54,558 bases of DNA, from assembly GCA_049303335.1 (NCBI GenBank), contig JBAQNA010000004.1, positions 1 through 54,558 on the forward strand, read 5' to 3'. This document shows, one piece after another, positions 18,561 to 27,343 of the stretch. The translations under genes and the position numbers were made by a program. Numbering within the stretch: the stretch's first letter is position 1; each line of letters starts with the position of its first letter. The DNA is from Candidatus Aenigmatarchaeota archaeon (GTDB lineage: Archaea; Aenigmatarchaeota; Aenigmatarchaeia; Aenigmatarchaeales; DAIDAN01). The notes below the pieces were generated by a model. That model was given only the letters and a program-made list of their open reading frames with translations. It had not been told where the DNA came from and made no database searches.

Positions 18561-19853
18561 CTTCCTTTGCCTTAAGAATTTGCTCTTGTCAATAAACTCT
18601 TTTATCGGTAGCTTTAAAGTGGAAGCTATATGATTCAAAGCTTCGCTAAGCGTTGAAAATCTCATTGGAGGGTTCATGAAAGCGTGCCTTAAGTTTTCCC
18701 TTATTTCCCAACTGCCAACTGGAATTACATAAGTGTCGTATATTTCCCTGAAAACAACAACTGTTGCCTGTCTTCTCATTTGCTCCAGCTTTTCACAGCA
18801 GGCAAATCTTCCAGCATAATAACCACCGCCTTCTGTTATTGCGTAATCAGACCTTCCATGAAAGCCTTCAGATTCAGCAGCTATAACAGAACTGTCGGAT
18901 GATAATGTCCATATTGTTTTCGGCGCCCATGCTTCAAATTGCTCAAACCCCCACGAGCCTGGAATCATTAAAACCTCAAAATGGTTTTCCAAGTAAGTAT
19001 TGGAAAAAACTAGGAATTCATTTACTTGCGGATAGGTTCTTATCTGTTTCAACATCTCGTTAGCTAATATTGTATCTGTTGTCGTTATAGACCATTTTGT
19101 GGGGACTAATTTTCTATTTTTCTCAAGCCCGAGAATTCCCGCGGACAAAACTTTTGAAATATAGTAAACGTCAAAGCCTTTCTGGTAAAGAAGATTTGAT
19201 GATTCAACAGCTTTCAGTTTGTCGCTTATAATGCTGTCAACAGCCTGTGGGATTTTCGTGTTTTCGGCTATCCTAAATTTCTCGAGAACTGCGGAAGGCC
19301 CCATCGGCTGCGAAATCGGAGAGAAGCTCATGGAATAGTGCGGCTTGCTCTTGAACTGCATTTCAATGTCAGTCGCTCTTGTGGAAAGCGTGAGCTCCTG
19401 CATATCTGCCAGCAGTTTCGTCTTCTCCCTGACGCCCTGCTCCTTCTTGCTCCTTATCAGCATCGAGCGCATCCTGATTATGTCGTTGAAGTCGAGTCCG
19501 TACCACTGCGCGGGATTGTCAAGAACTTGCGAATTTATTTTGGAAGAATCGTCCAAGCTTTCTGAGATATTCTCAATCCCTACCGTCCCCATCGGGCCCG
19601 CGAAAACGTTCGGGTAGTTTTTCCAGCCTACAAAAATGGAGGGCGGGCTCGGCCCGAAAAGCGTTTCCTTGAGCTTGTCCTGAATCGGGTTCTGTATTTG
19701 CAGCTTCTGCAGGAGCGGGCAGCTCGAGCGTCCGCAAAGCAGGCGCCCGCCCTTGCATGTCAGGCACAGCGACTTTCCCATAGGCTTGAGCTTTGCAATC
19801 GTCTTCAGAATCTCGCAGCGCGGATTTTCCCAGCTCTGGTGTTTGATAAGCAT
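18543..19853 (-). CDS. nreA: NreA-like archaeal DNA-repair protein (DUF650/DUF651 family) with C-terminal PIP box
   Basis: N-terminal Cys motif LCLTCKGGRLLCGRSSCPLL. The C-terminus is QRKLFDFL, which fits the PCNA-interacting QxxLxxF(F/L) pattern. Confidence 0.6.
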   Translation of the reverse strand: MLIKHQSWENPRCEILKTIAKLKPMGKSLCLTCKGGRLLCGRSSCPLLQKLQIQNPIQDKLKETLFGPSPPSIFVGWKNYPNVFAGPMGTVGIENISESLDDSSKINSQVLDNPAQWYGLDFNDIIRMRSMLIRSKKEQGVREKTKLLADMQELTLSTRATDIEMQFKSKPHYSMSFSPISQPMGPSAVLEKFRIAENTKIPQAVDSIISDKLKAVESSNLLYQKGFDVYYISKVLSAGILGLEKNRKLVPTKWSITTTDTILANEMLKQIRTYPQVNEFLVFSNTYLENHFEVLMIPGSWGFEQFEAWAPKTIWTLSSDSSVIAAESEGFHGRSDYAITEGGGYYAGRFACCEKLEQMRRQATVVVFREIYDTYVIPVGSWEIRENLRHAFMNPPMRFSTLSEALNHIASTLKLPIKEFIDKSKFLRQRKLFDFL

Positions 19854-19892
19854 GGCAAATATTTGGCGCGAAAGTAGAAATAGATTTATTAT

Positions 19893-20306
19893 TTATTCCA
19901 ATCCAATCTCTTTAAGATTTGTTTTATATTTCTTCTCCAATATGCTGCTTATCGCTCCTTCGCCCTTATGTAATATAGAAGAATCGTATATGTTTCCTTG
20001 ATATGCGGGCTCGGCATCCGAAGCAGAATCAATTTTTCCTTTTTCAAATGTAAGAATCTTGCACCTTCCGTGTTCAAAATCTACAGGTATGCTGACATAA
20101 TTTTGCATACTAGAACATAGACCGACAACCCGTCCAACATATCCCAAATAACTAAGCCCGTTTCCGGCAGCATTATTGTTTTTTATAAAAACAAGGTCGC
20201 CTTCTCCAATAGTTTCTATGAAAGACTTCTTCTTTCTTAAACTACCAAGTGTTTTGTCTAATCTATCAAAACCTTCATTTAATAGTTGTTTTTCCCAGTC
20301 TTTCAT
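19893..20306 (-). CDS. hypothetical protein (AT-rich ORFan)
   Basis: Intact 137-aa ORF, preceded by a copy of the conserved TATA-proximal motif (20330-20347). Confidence 0.45.
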   Translation of the reverse strand: MKDWEKQLLNEGFDRLDKTLGSLRKKKSFIETIGEGDLVFIKNNNAAGNGLSYLGYVGRVVGLCSSMQNYVSIPVDFEHGRCKILTFEKGKIDSASDAEPAYQGNIYDSSILHKGEGAISSILEKKYKTNLKEIGLE

Positions 20307-20329
20307 TTTCTCGCCTATCAGAATATATG

Positions 20330-20347
20330 CATCGAAAAGGATTTAAG
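20330..20347 (-). promoter_or_regulatory. copy (16/18) of conserved TATA-proximal motif TTTAAATCCTTTTCGGTG
   Basis: Minus-strand sequence is cttaaatccttttcgatg, 23 nt upstream of the ATG at 20306. Confidence 0.45.
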
Positions 20348-20400
20348 CCTGTCCAAATTTCGCAAGAAACCTTTATCAATCGGTCAAACGATAAAATATT

Positions 20401-20886
20401 ATGTCAATTCTCAATTCAAAAGATATTCTCAAGCTTGCGGCAAGCATAGGAATCTGCCTGCTCGCGGGAGTTGTCGGCTCGATATTCACGGTTTCAGCAA
20501 TCCCTTCTTGGTACGCGACTCTGGCAAAGCCGTTCTTCGCGCCACCCAACTGGGTTTTTGCGCCGGTATGGACAACCTTGTACGTTCTTATGGGAATTTC
20601 ATTGTTCCTCGTCTGGCGCAAAGGTTTCAGCAAGAAAACGAAAGGCGCGATTGGTATTTTCGGGATTCAGCTGGCTCTGAATGTCTTGTGGTCGCTGGCG
20701 TTTTTCGGATTGAAATCGCCGATAGCCGGCCTTGTTGTAATCGTTGCACTTTGGGCTGCGATAGCCGCCACGATAATGAAGTTTATGAAAATATCAAGAA
20801 ATGCTGATTTGCTTCTCATTCCGTACATCGTTTGGGTAAGCATTGCAGCTTTGTTGAACTTTTCGATTGTTTTGCTTAATCTGTAA
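20401..20886 (+). CDS. tspO: TspO/MBR family tryptophan-rich sensory membrane protein
   Basis: WYATLAKPFFAPPNWVFAPVWTTLYVLMG signature, with five hydrophobic helices. Confidence 0.85.
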   Translation: MSILNSKDILKLAASIGICLLAGVVGSIFTVSAIPSWYATLAKPFFAPPNWVFAPVWTTLYVLMGISLFLVWRKGFSKKTKGAIGIFGIQLALNVLWSLAFFGLKSPIAGLVVIVALWAAIAATIMKFMKISRNADLLLIPYIVWVSIAALLNFSIVLLNL

Positions 20887-20888
20887 TT

Positions 20889-21857
20889 CTATTCCAGTTT
20901 TTTCCACTGTCCCAGTTTTTTCGTCAGCAATCTTAGAATAAGCTTTCTCAACTCGTCCCTGTTTTTCCTTTTGCCGTTCGCGCTGCCCGCGAGCGGATGG
21001 CCGCCGCCGCTTCCTTCGAGGAATTTCCCGACTTCTTGAAACAGTTCCGACAAGTCCAAGTTCTTTTCCGTTATCTTTTCCTTTGCGCGCGAGGATATCC
21101 TCGTTTCACTTTCCTTTTCCGCGACAACTATCGCGATGTCAGCGCCGAGTTTCAGCAGCCCGCGGCACGCCGCCGCCTCGTGCGAGACAACATTTGAAAG
21201 CGCGACAAGAATCTCGCCGAATTTGTAAATGTCCATCCTGCTCGCGGCCTTGAGCGCGGCAACCCTTCCCGAAGGGTCTGCGTCTTCAGAAGTTATCATC
21301 TGAAGCACATCGGAAAACTTTATTTTCCGCGTCAGTTCGGACATTATCAAGAAGACCTCGCTGTCAGCGTGCCTGAAGTGTGCTGTATCAGCCACGATTC
21401 CCGCGGAAATTATTCTTGCAAGGTTTTCATCAATTTCAATCTTCAGTTCTTTTAACACAGCGTAAACAAGCTGTGCGGAAGATTTTGCGTTCTCAACAAT
21501 ATATGAAACGACTTTCTCGGCAAGCTTTCCTTCGGGATGGTGGTCTATGATAAAATCCGCGCGGACGTTTTTCACGCTTGTCAATTGCTCGGGCACGGAA
21601 GTGTCAACAAGAATCACATAATCAAAACTTTTGCAGTCTGGGTCAATTATGATTTTGAAACCTTCGGCAAGTTTCTGCGCTGCCCTTGAGACGGATTCAG
21701 CCACACCTATTTTTGCGTCCGCCTCGATATGTTTCAAGCCTTCAGCCAGCGCTATCGCAGAAGCAGCCGCGTCAATGTCCGCATTATGGTGCGTGAGCAC
21801 AAGAACTTTTTTGCCTTTCACAACTTTCAGCGTCTCGGCGAATTCTCGGATTTGCAT
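20889..21857 (-). CDS. DHH/DHHA1 family phosphoesterase (NrnA/RecJ-like)
   Basis: Motifs HHNADIDAAAS, LVDTS, IIDHH and GGGHPLAGS. Confidence 0.85.
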   Translation of the reverse strand: MQIREFAETLKVVKGKKVLVLTHHNADIDAAASAIALAEGLKHIEADAKIGVAESVSRAAQKLAEGFKIIIDPDCKSFDYVILVDTSVPEQLTSVKNVRADFIIDHHPEGKLAEKVVSYIVENAKSSAQLVYAVLKELKIEIDENLARIISAGIVADTAHFRHADSEVFLIMSELTRKIKFSDVLQMITSEDADPSGRVAALKAASRMDIYKFGEILVALSNVVSHEAAACRGLLKLGADIAIVVAEKESETRISSRAKEKITEKNLDLSELFQEVGKFLEGSGGGHPLAGSANGKRKNRDELRKLILRLLTKKLGQWKKLE

Positions 21858-21898
21858 AAAAATAGCTGCCTTTGAAAGAATAAGAAGATTATGTTCAC

Positions 21899-22429
21899 TT
21901 AAATTGGTTTATTGAAAAGTCTATAGAAACAAATTACTAAAGAAACAACAAGAATGAAAGAGACAAATCCAAGAATGAAAGAATACCCTGATAGAAATGT
22001 TATTATAGGAAATAATGATGAAAATAGAAATAATACTATTAAAACCCTTAAATGATTCTTTTTAAAATCAAGGTATCTGTTCATATCATCAATATGTTTG
22101 TAACATTCTTCCACAAGTTGTTTATGGACTAATTCAGTATTTTTATATTTCTTAAATTCTTCTTTGCTAACCCATGGCACTGTAATACTTCTTGGAAGTA
22201 CATTGTATAACGCTAGTAAAAATATAATAAGATACAATATCAAAGGAAAATAATTAAGAAAATTTTTATATAATTCAAGTTGAAAGAAAGTTGCAACAAC
22301 TATACCTACTAAAATCAATAGAATTTCAAACTTATGTTCAATTCTTTCTCTGCTGCTTGTTAGAAAGAGATATTGATTCCAAATAGCGTTATATGTTCTT
22401 TCATACAAGTATTTTTCATTCTTTGTCAT
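21899..22429 (-). CDS. hypothetical 4-TM membrane protein (AT-rich ORFan)
   Basis: Two pairs of hydrophobic helices are separated by a charged helical segment. No family recognised. Confidence 0.45.
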   Translation of the reverse strand: MTKNEKYLYERTYNAIWNQYLFLTSSRERIEHKFEILLILVGIVVATFFQLELYKNFLNYFPLILYLIIFLLALYNVLPRSITVPWVSKEEFKKYKNTELVHKQLVEECYKHIDDMNRYLDFKKNHLRVLIVLFLFSSLFPIITFLSGYSFILGFVSFILVVSLVICFYRLFNKPI

Positions 22430-22478
22430 AATGTAAAACCATAAATTAACTGTATATTAAATGAATATAAAATAACAT

Positions 22479-23600
22479 TTATTTCAGCATCCTGACAATC
22501 CGTTCATATCCCGCGTCGGTCTTTACGGCAGTCGGGCAGAAGTGCGTTCTTCCCGCCTTGAATCCCTGTTTTTTTAGCTCTGCGATAAATCCGTCCATCT
22601 TCGGCAGCCTTATTTTCGCAACCCTTGCCAGACAGTGCAAGTCATAGTAAAACGGCGGCAGCCCGGATTCTGAAGCAAGCTGCTTTGCAAAAGCTTCTTC
22701 ATCGATAAACTTTCTTTTTTTGCATTCTTTTGCGACGTTCAAGCAAAATTTTTTGTCGGAGATGTTTCCCAAAAAAATAGGGCCGCAAAACTCGAACTTG
22801 TTTCCGCAGGGGCAATTTAGCTCAAGTTCTCCTGTCTTGCGGTTGCCGCACTTGAAGCAGTGCATAACATAGCCGAATTGTTTCAGCAATTTTCCTATCT
22901 CTCCAGCGTGTTCTATCCTGCCGAAGGCGCGGAAGTAATGCTCCCTTGAAAACGACAACACCGGGAAGAAAGCCCTTTCCCTTCTTGCGAGCGCGAGAAT
23001 CGTGTAAGACACCAGAATCCTGACGCCGAGCTCGCCATAATAGTCGGTTTTCATCGAGCGGATGCTGTATTTCCTGAAGCACGTCTCGGGATAGCTTCCG
23101 GAGAGCGGCGCAGTGTCCGTTGCCGTCACGGCGAGAAATCCTTTGTGGTATATCGAGCGCGCCGCGGCATCAAGAAAAATGTTCGGCGAGCCGAAAGGGT
23201 CAATGTCAATCGCGTCAAATACTTCTTGGTGCATCAGGACGTTCGCATCGCCTTTCGAGGCAATGCACTTTTTGTGAAGCTTGTTCAGGACAATATTCTT
23301 TTTTATCAGCCTTGCCGCAACCGGGTTGTTGTCGTTCAAAAATATTTTTTCTATTCCGGAAATCTCTTTCGCATAACGAAGTCCGCGAATGCCCGAGGCC
23401 GAGAGCGCGTCCAACACGGATATTTTTCTGTCCGCGTCTTTTTGAAATACCTGAACCGCAGCCACGGAAATATTCCTGTTGAATGCCATTTTCGGATTGT
23501 AGAAAACGGATGCTTCATACAGGCTTTCTTTTGGCGCAAACAATTCTATTTTTCCTTCTTTAATTTGATGGGTTTTCATACTGCATTTATATGTTTGCAC
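22479..23600 (-). CDS. trm1: tRNA (guanine26-N2)-dimethyltransferase Trm1
   Basis: FYNPKMAFNRNISV, LDALSASGIRGLRYA, IDPFGSP, and the Zn motif CFKCGN...CPCGN. Confidence 0.9.
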   Translation of the reverse strand: MQTYKCSMKTHQIKEGKIELFAPKESLYEASVFYNPKMAFNRNISVAAVQVFQKDADRKISVLDALSASGIRGLRYAKEISGIEKIFLNDNNPVAARLIKKNIVLNKLHKKCIASKGDANVLMHQEVFDAIDIDPFGSPNIFLDAAARSIYHKGFLAVTATDTAPLSGSYPETCFRKYSIRSMKTDYYGELGVRILVSYTILALARRERAFFPVLSFSREHYFRAFGRIEHAGEIGKLLKQFGYVMHCFKCGNRKTGELELNCPCGNKFEFCGPIFLGNISDKKFCLNVAKECKKRKFIDEEAFAKQLASESGLPPFYYDLHCLARVAKIRLPKMDGFIAELKKQGFKAGRTHFCPTAVKTDAGYERIVRMLK

Positions 23601-23623
23601 ACAATTAAAACCGTAGTGGTATT

Positions 23624-23887
23624 ATGAAAATAGAAACGAATGAAAAAATCATAATTGAAATCGATGAGGAAGTGAAAGAATACATCAGGAAGCAGAAGAA
23701 GGATTTTCGCGTCTGCACGTCCTGCTCGGGAGCGTCCCTTGTGCCTGTGGAATGGTCGCGTCCGAAGGACACCGACTTGAAAATGAAGATAGGAAGCCGG
23801 ACGCTTTACATTTCCGCGGTTCAGGCGCGCTGGCTTCGCAGGATAGATATGAAAATGCTCGACACGGGCTCGTGCAACATGTTCTAA
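23624..23887 (+). CDS. hypothetical small protein
   Basis: 87-aa ORF in backbone-like composition. No family confidently recognised. Confidence 0.4.
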   Translation: MKIETNEKIIIEIDEEVKEYIRKQKKDFRVCTSCSGASLVPVEWSRPKDTDLKMKIGSRTLYISAVQARWLRRIDMKMLDTGSCNMF

Positions 23888-23899
23888 TAATTCCCTTTC

Positions 23900-24844
23900 T
23901 CACTCCTTTATCTCAACGGAATCCACGACGCCGTCAGAATCGGAATCGATGCCTTCCACAACCTTTGCGGTTATCATCGGGTTTCGGGCGTTTCCCGCGC
24001 ACACATCATCAAATTTGTGCATAAACGCCAGTATCGAAGCCTTTGTGCCCTGACTTCTTTTCCCAGCGACAATCAATACATGTTTATCCGCGGCAAACGG
24101 GCTTCTCATTTTCACGATTATGCCGTTCTCGTCCTCGGCGTATGTTTTTCTTGAGACTGTCGAGAATATGTCGGTGTAAAAATATTTTCTTTTTTTGTCC
24201 TCCTTGAACCTGATCGGAAGCTTTCCGTTTATTTGCGCGGTCAGACTGTTAACGCCGGGGCCACCAACTATAATGAGATTGCTTTTCAAATCATCTTTTG
24301 TTATTTCGGTGTCAAGCTTTACAGAAACCGGCGGCGCATAATTCAGGAAGCTTCCCAGAAAAAATCCCAGATTGATTGCATACGGCGCGTCCGTTGCCCT
24401 GGCTTTCGCGGGGCCGTGCGGATCCAGCGAGCCGACAACTATAGTTGCGTTCAAATTTCCGTTCTCAATGAAAGGGCGAAGGAATCTTTCATGTTCCGCC
24501 TTGAGGGATGATATCTTTTGCGACTCTTCCATATCACGCAGCACGAGCGCAAATGCGGGCTCGGTTATATCATATATTTTTGCGGTCATGCCGTATACAT
24601 TTTCCGTTTTTATAACCCTTACCAATCCTGCCCTTTCCAGATTTCTTATGTGATAATAGACTTTCTGCTCGTGTACATTCAGCCTTTTTCCAAGGTCCCT
24701 CGGATACGAGGGCTTTTCCGAAATCGCGAGCATTATTCTCCATGCGAGCGGCGAAAGCGCGGCCTTTGCCTGGCGCGGCTCGATAATTCTCACGGGAAGA
24801 CTCATCACTCTGCCGTTTTTTTGCTCAACAATCCATGTCGTCAT
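23900..24844 (-). CDS. ArsR-family winged-helix transcriptional regulator with a large C-terminal domain of unknown function
   Basis: N-terminal LAWRIMLAISEKPSYPRDLGKRLNVHEQKVYYHIRNLERAGLV. Confidence 0.7.
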   Translation of the reverse strand: MTTWIVEQKNGRVMSLPVRIIEPRQAKAALSPLAWRIMLAISEKPSYPRDLGKRLNVHEQKVYYHIRNLERAGLVRVIKTENVYGMTAKIYDITEPAFALVLRDMEESQKISSLKAEHERFLRPFIENGNLNATIVVGSLDPHGPAKARATDAPYAINLGFFLGSFLNYAPPVSVKLDTEITKDDLKSNLIIVGGPGVNSLTAQINGKLPIRFKEDKKRKYFYTDIFSTVSRKTYAEDENGIIVKMRSPFAADKHVLIVAGKRSQGTKASILAFMHKFDDVCAGNARNPMITAKVVEGIDSDSDGVVDSVEIKE

Positions 24845-24968
24845 ATTTTCACCTTGAAACCTTATTATGGCTTAAGTTTATAAATATTATTATAATACTA
24901 TTAAGTTTTCTTTAATAACTATTTATATATTCCTTTGCATCACTTGTGTCTGAGTAATGGTGAAAATT

Positions 24969-26735
24969 ATGTGTGGCATCATAGGTTATGCGGGAAAGAT
25001 GGAAGCTACACCTATCATTCTTGCGGGGCTGAAAAACCTTGAGTATAGGGGGTATGATTCCTGCGGAATCGCAACCGCGGACGGCGGAAGGATTCTTATG
25101 AAAAAAGACATCGGCAAAATAGACGAGGTCAACAAAAAACAGAAGCTTGATTCACTTCCCGGCAAAGCGGGCATCGCGCACACAAGATGGGCAACGCACG
25201 GCGGGGTCACGAAAGAAAACGCGCATCCTCATCTTTCAAACAACGAAAAGATTGCAGTGGTGCACAACGGCATAATAGAGAATTTTCAGGAACAGAAAAA
25301 GTTTCTCGAATCGCAGGGTTTTGTCTTTCATTCCGGAACGGATACGGAGGTGATACCGAACAACATAGAGTATCATATGAAAAAGGGGTATGATTTCATC
25401 GAGGCTGCAAAGCGCTCGCTAAAACATCTGGAAGGGCAGTATGCGATAGTTGCTATGAACGACGAGGGCAAGATTGTTGCTGTAAGAAAGGAAGCGCCGC
25501 TTGTCGCGGGCATCGGAGACGGCGAGTATTTTATCGCATCGGATGTCACGGCATTTCTTGACCAAACGAGAAACGCGGTTTTTCTTGAAGAAAACGATAT
25601 GGTTACTTTTGACGGCGGGCTTAAGATATTTAATCTGGAAAAAAACATGCCTGTCGAAAGGCCGGTGACAAAAATAGAATGGAACGCGGAGCAGGCGAAA
25701 AAAGGGAACTTCGACCATTTTTTCATGAAAGAGGTTCTTGAGCAGGCTGACATGATAGAGAAAATAGCGAACATGGACAAGACTGTCATAAAGGAAATTG
25801 CAAGCAACATAAGAAGCGCAAAAGGCATATTCATAGTCGCGTGCGGCACCGCTTCCTACGCGTGCATGACAGGCATTTATTTGTTCTCGAAAATAGCCGG
25901 GACGCATATAAATTTCTGCATAGCATCCGAGTTCCAAAACTTCAACCACATCCTTAACGATAAGAGCCTTGTTATCGCCGTATCGCAGAGCGGGGAGACC
26001 GCGGACACGCTGTTCGCCATACGCGCCGCCAAGGCAAAAGGAGCGAAGGTCATATCCATAACGAACGCGGAGGGTTCGTCCCTCATGAGGGAATCGCACA
26101 CGTCGATACTTCAGAAAGCGGGCCCGGAGATATGTGTCTTGTCGACAAAGTCATACACATCTCAGCTTGCGATTCTTGCATTGCTAGCATACGAGCTTGA
26201 CGGCAGGATCGACGAAGGCGTTGAAAAGCTGAGAGAGGTTTCGCGATACGTCTATTACCTGACTTCCGAGAATGCAAAAAGGTATCTAAAACAGCTGGCC
26301 GAGAAACTGAAGGACAGCGACCATATCTACCTATTGGGAAGGGGGTTGCAATATCCGACCGCGCTCGAAGCAGCGCTCAAGGTAAAGGAATCTTCCTACA
26401 TCCACGCGGAGGCGTTTGCGGGAGGCGAGCTGAAACACGGAAACATCGCGCTCATAACAAAAGGCACACACTGCATAATTTTTTCCTCCGACGCGACCGA
26501 GAACGAGATAACAAGCAACGCCATGGAAGTCAGGGCAAGGGGGGCTTATGTGGTGGGAGTCGGACCGAAAAACAGCGATGCTTTTGATTTTTTCATAAAG
26601 GTACGCGATGCGGGCGACTTCAATCCCATAGTCCAGATAATACCTATGCAGATCCTCGCATACCAGCTTGCGCTCCTGCGCGGCTGCGACCCCGACTTCC
26701 CGAGAAACCTCGCGAAAAGCGTGACCGTAAAGTGA
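24969..26735 (+). CDS. glmS: glutamine--fructose-6-phosphate aminotransferase (GlmS)
   Basis: MCGIIGY N-terminus (catalytic Cys2) requires the ATG at 24969, not the track start 24957. Two SIS domains are present, and the C-terminus is KSVTVK. Confidence 0.93.
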   Translation: MCGIIGYAGKMEATPIILAGLKNLEYRGYDSCGIATADGGRILMKKDIGKIDEVNKKQKLDSLPGKAGIAHTRWATHGGVTKENAHPHLSNNEKIAVVHNGIIENFQEQKKFLESQGFVFHSGTDTEVIPNNIEYHMKKGYDFIEAAKRSLKHLEGQYAIVAMNDEGKIVAVRKEAPLVAGIGDGEYFIASDVTAFLDQTRNAVFLEENDMVTFDGGLKIFNLEKNMPVERPVTKIEWNAEQAKKGNFDHFFMKEVLEQADMIEKIANMDKTVIKEIASNIRSAKGIFIVACGTASYACMTGIYLFSKIAGTHINFCIASEFQNFNHILNDKSLVIAVSQSGETADTLFAIRAAKAKGAKVISITNAEGSSLMRESHTSILQKAGPEICVLSTKSYTSQLAILALLAYELDGRIDEGVEKLREVSRYVYYLTSENAKRYLKQLAEKLKDSDHIYLLGRGLQYPTALEAALKVKESSYIHAEAFAGGELKHGNIALITKGTHCIIFSSDATENEITSNAMEVRARGAYVVGVGPKNSDAFDFFIKVRDAGDFNPIVQIIPMQILAYQLALLRGCDPDFPRNLAKSVTVK

Positions 26736-26740
26736 TTTAT

Positions 26741-27343
26741 ATGAAAACTGTAAAAAGGCCAGATTTTGCAAACTATTTTGAGGAGCCGCTTGAGGCTTTT
26801 AAGAAAGCAAGAAAATTTCTTGATGATATTGGAAAAAATCATATTGATGATTCTGCCAAAATTCTTGAATATTCCGTGATAGAACCGCCGTGCTATATCG
26901 GAAAAAATACTACTATCGGACCGTTCGTGCATATATTGCCTTACAGTTTTATCGGAGATGAATGTGCTGTCTGGACTTTTTCTGTGGTAAATGCGTCCAT
27001 TATTCTGGAAGGAACGCACATACCGCATTTGAATTATGTCGGCTATTCTATTATAGGAAAGAACTGCAATCTTGGCGCGGGAACAAAGACAGCAAACCTG
27101 CGTTTTGATGAAAAAGACGTAAAAATAAATTATCACGGAAAAAGGATTGGTTCCGGGAGAAAGAGGCTTGGCACAATAACCGGCGACAATGTCAAGACTG
27201 GCATAAACGTTTCGATATTGCCTGGAGTGAAAATAGGTTCAGGGTGCAGGATAGGGCCTGCCGTTCTTGTTGACAGGGATCTGGGAGAAAATGTTTTCTA
27301 CGGATATAGAAATGGAATATTGAAAAAAGAAAGGCTGATTTGA
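26741..27343 (+). CDS. left-handed beta-helix (hexapeptide-repeat) acetyltransferase, GlmU C-terminal-domain-like, stand-alone
   Basis: Hexapeptide repeats IGKNCNLGAGTKTANL...ITGDNVKTGINVSILPGVKIGSGCRIGPAV. The ATG at 26741 is 5 nt after the glmS stop. Confidence 0.75.
   Translation: MKTVKRPDFANYFEEPLEAFKKARKFLDDIGKNHIDDSAKILEYSVIEPPCYIGKNTTIGPFVHILPYSFIGDECAVWTFSVVNASIILEGTHIPHLNYVGYSIIGKNCNLGAGTKTANLRFDEKDVKINYHGKRIGSGRKRLGTITGDNVKTGINVSILPGVKIGSGCRIGPAVLVDRDLGENVFYGYRNGILKKERLI

Noticed and set aside
21899-22429. Idea that the 4-TM protein is a SLATT/Pycsar-type membrane effector of a signalling defence system
   Set aside because: The only resemblance is the generic topology of two TM pairs. 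There is no adjacent cyclase, SMODS or sensor gene and no diagnostic motif that I can verify from the sequence.
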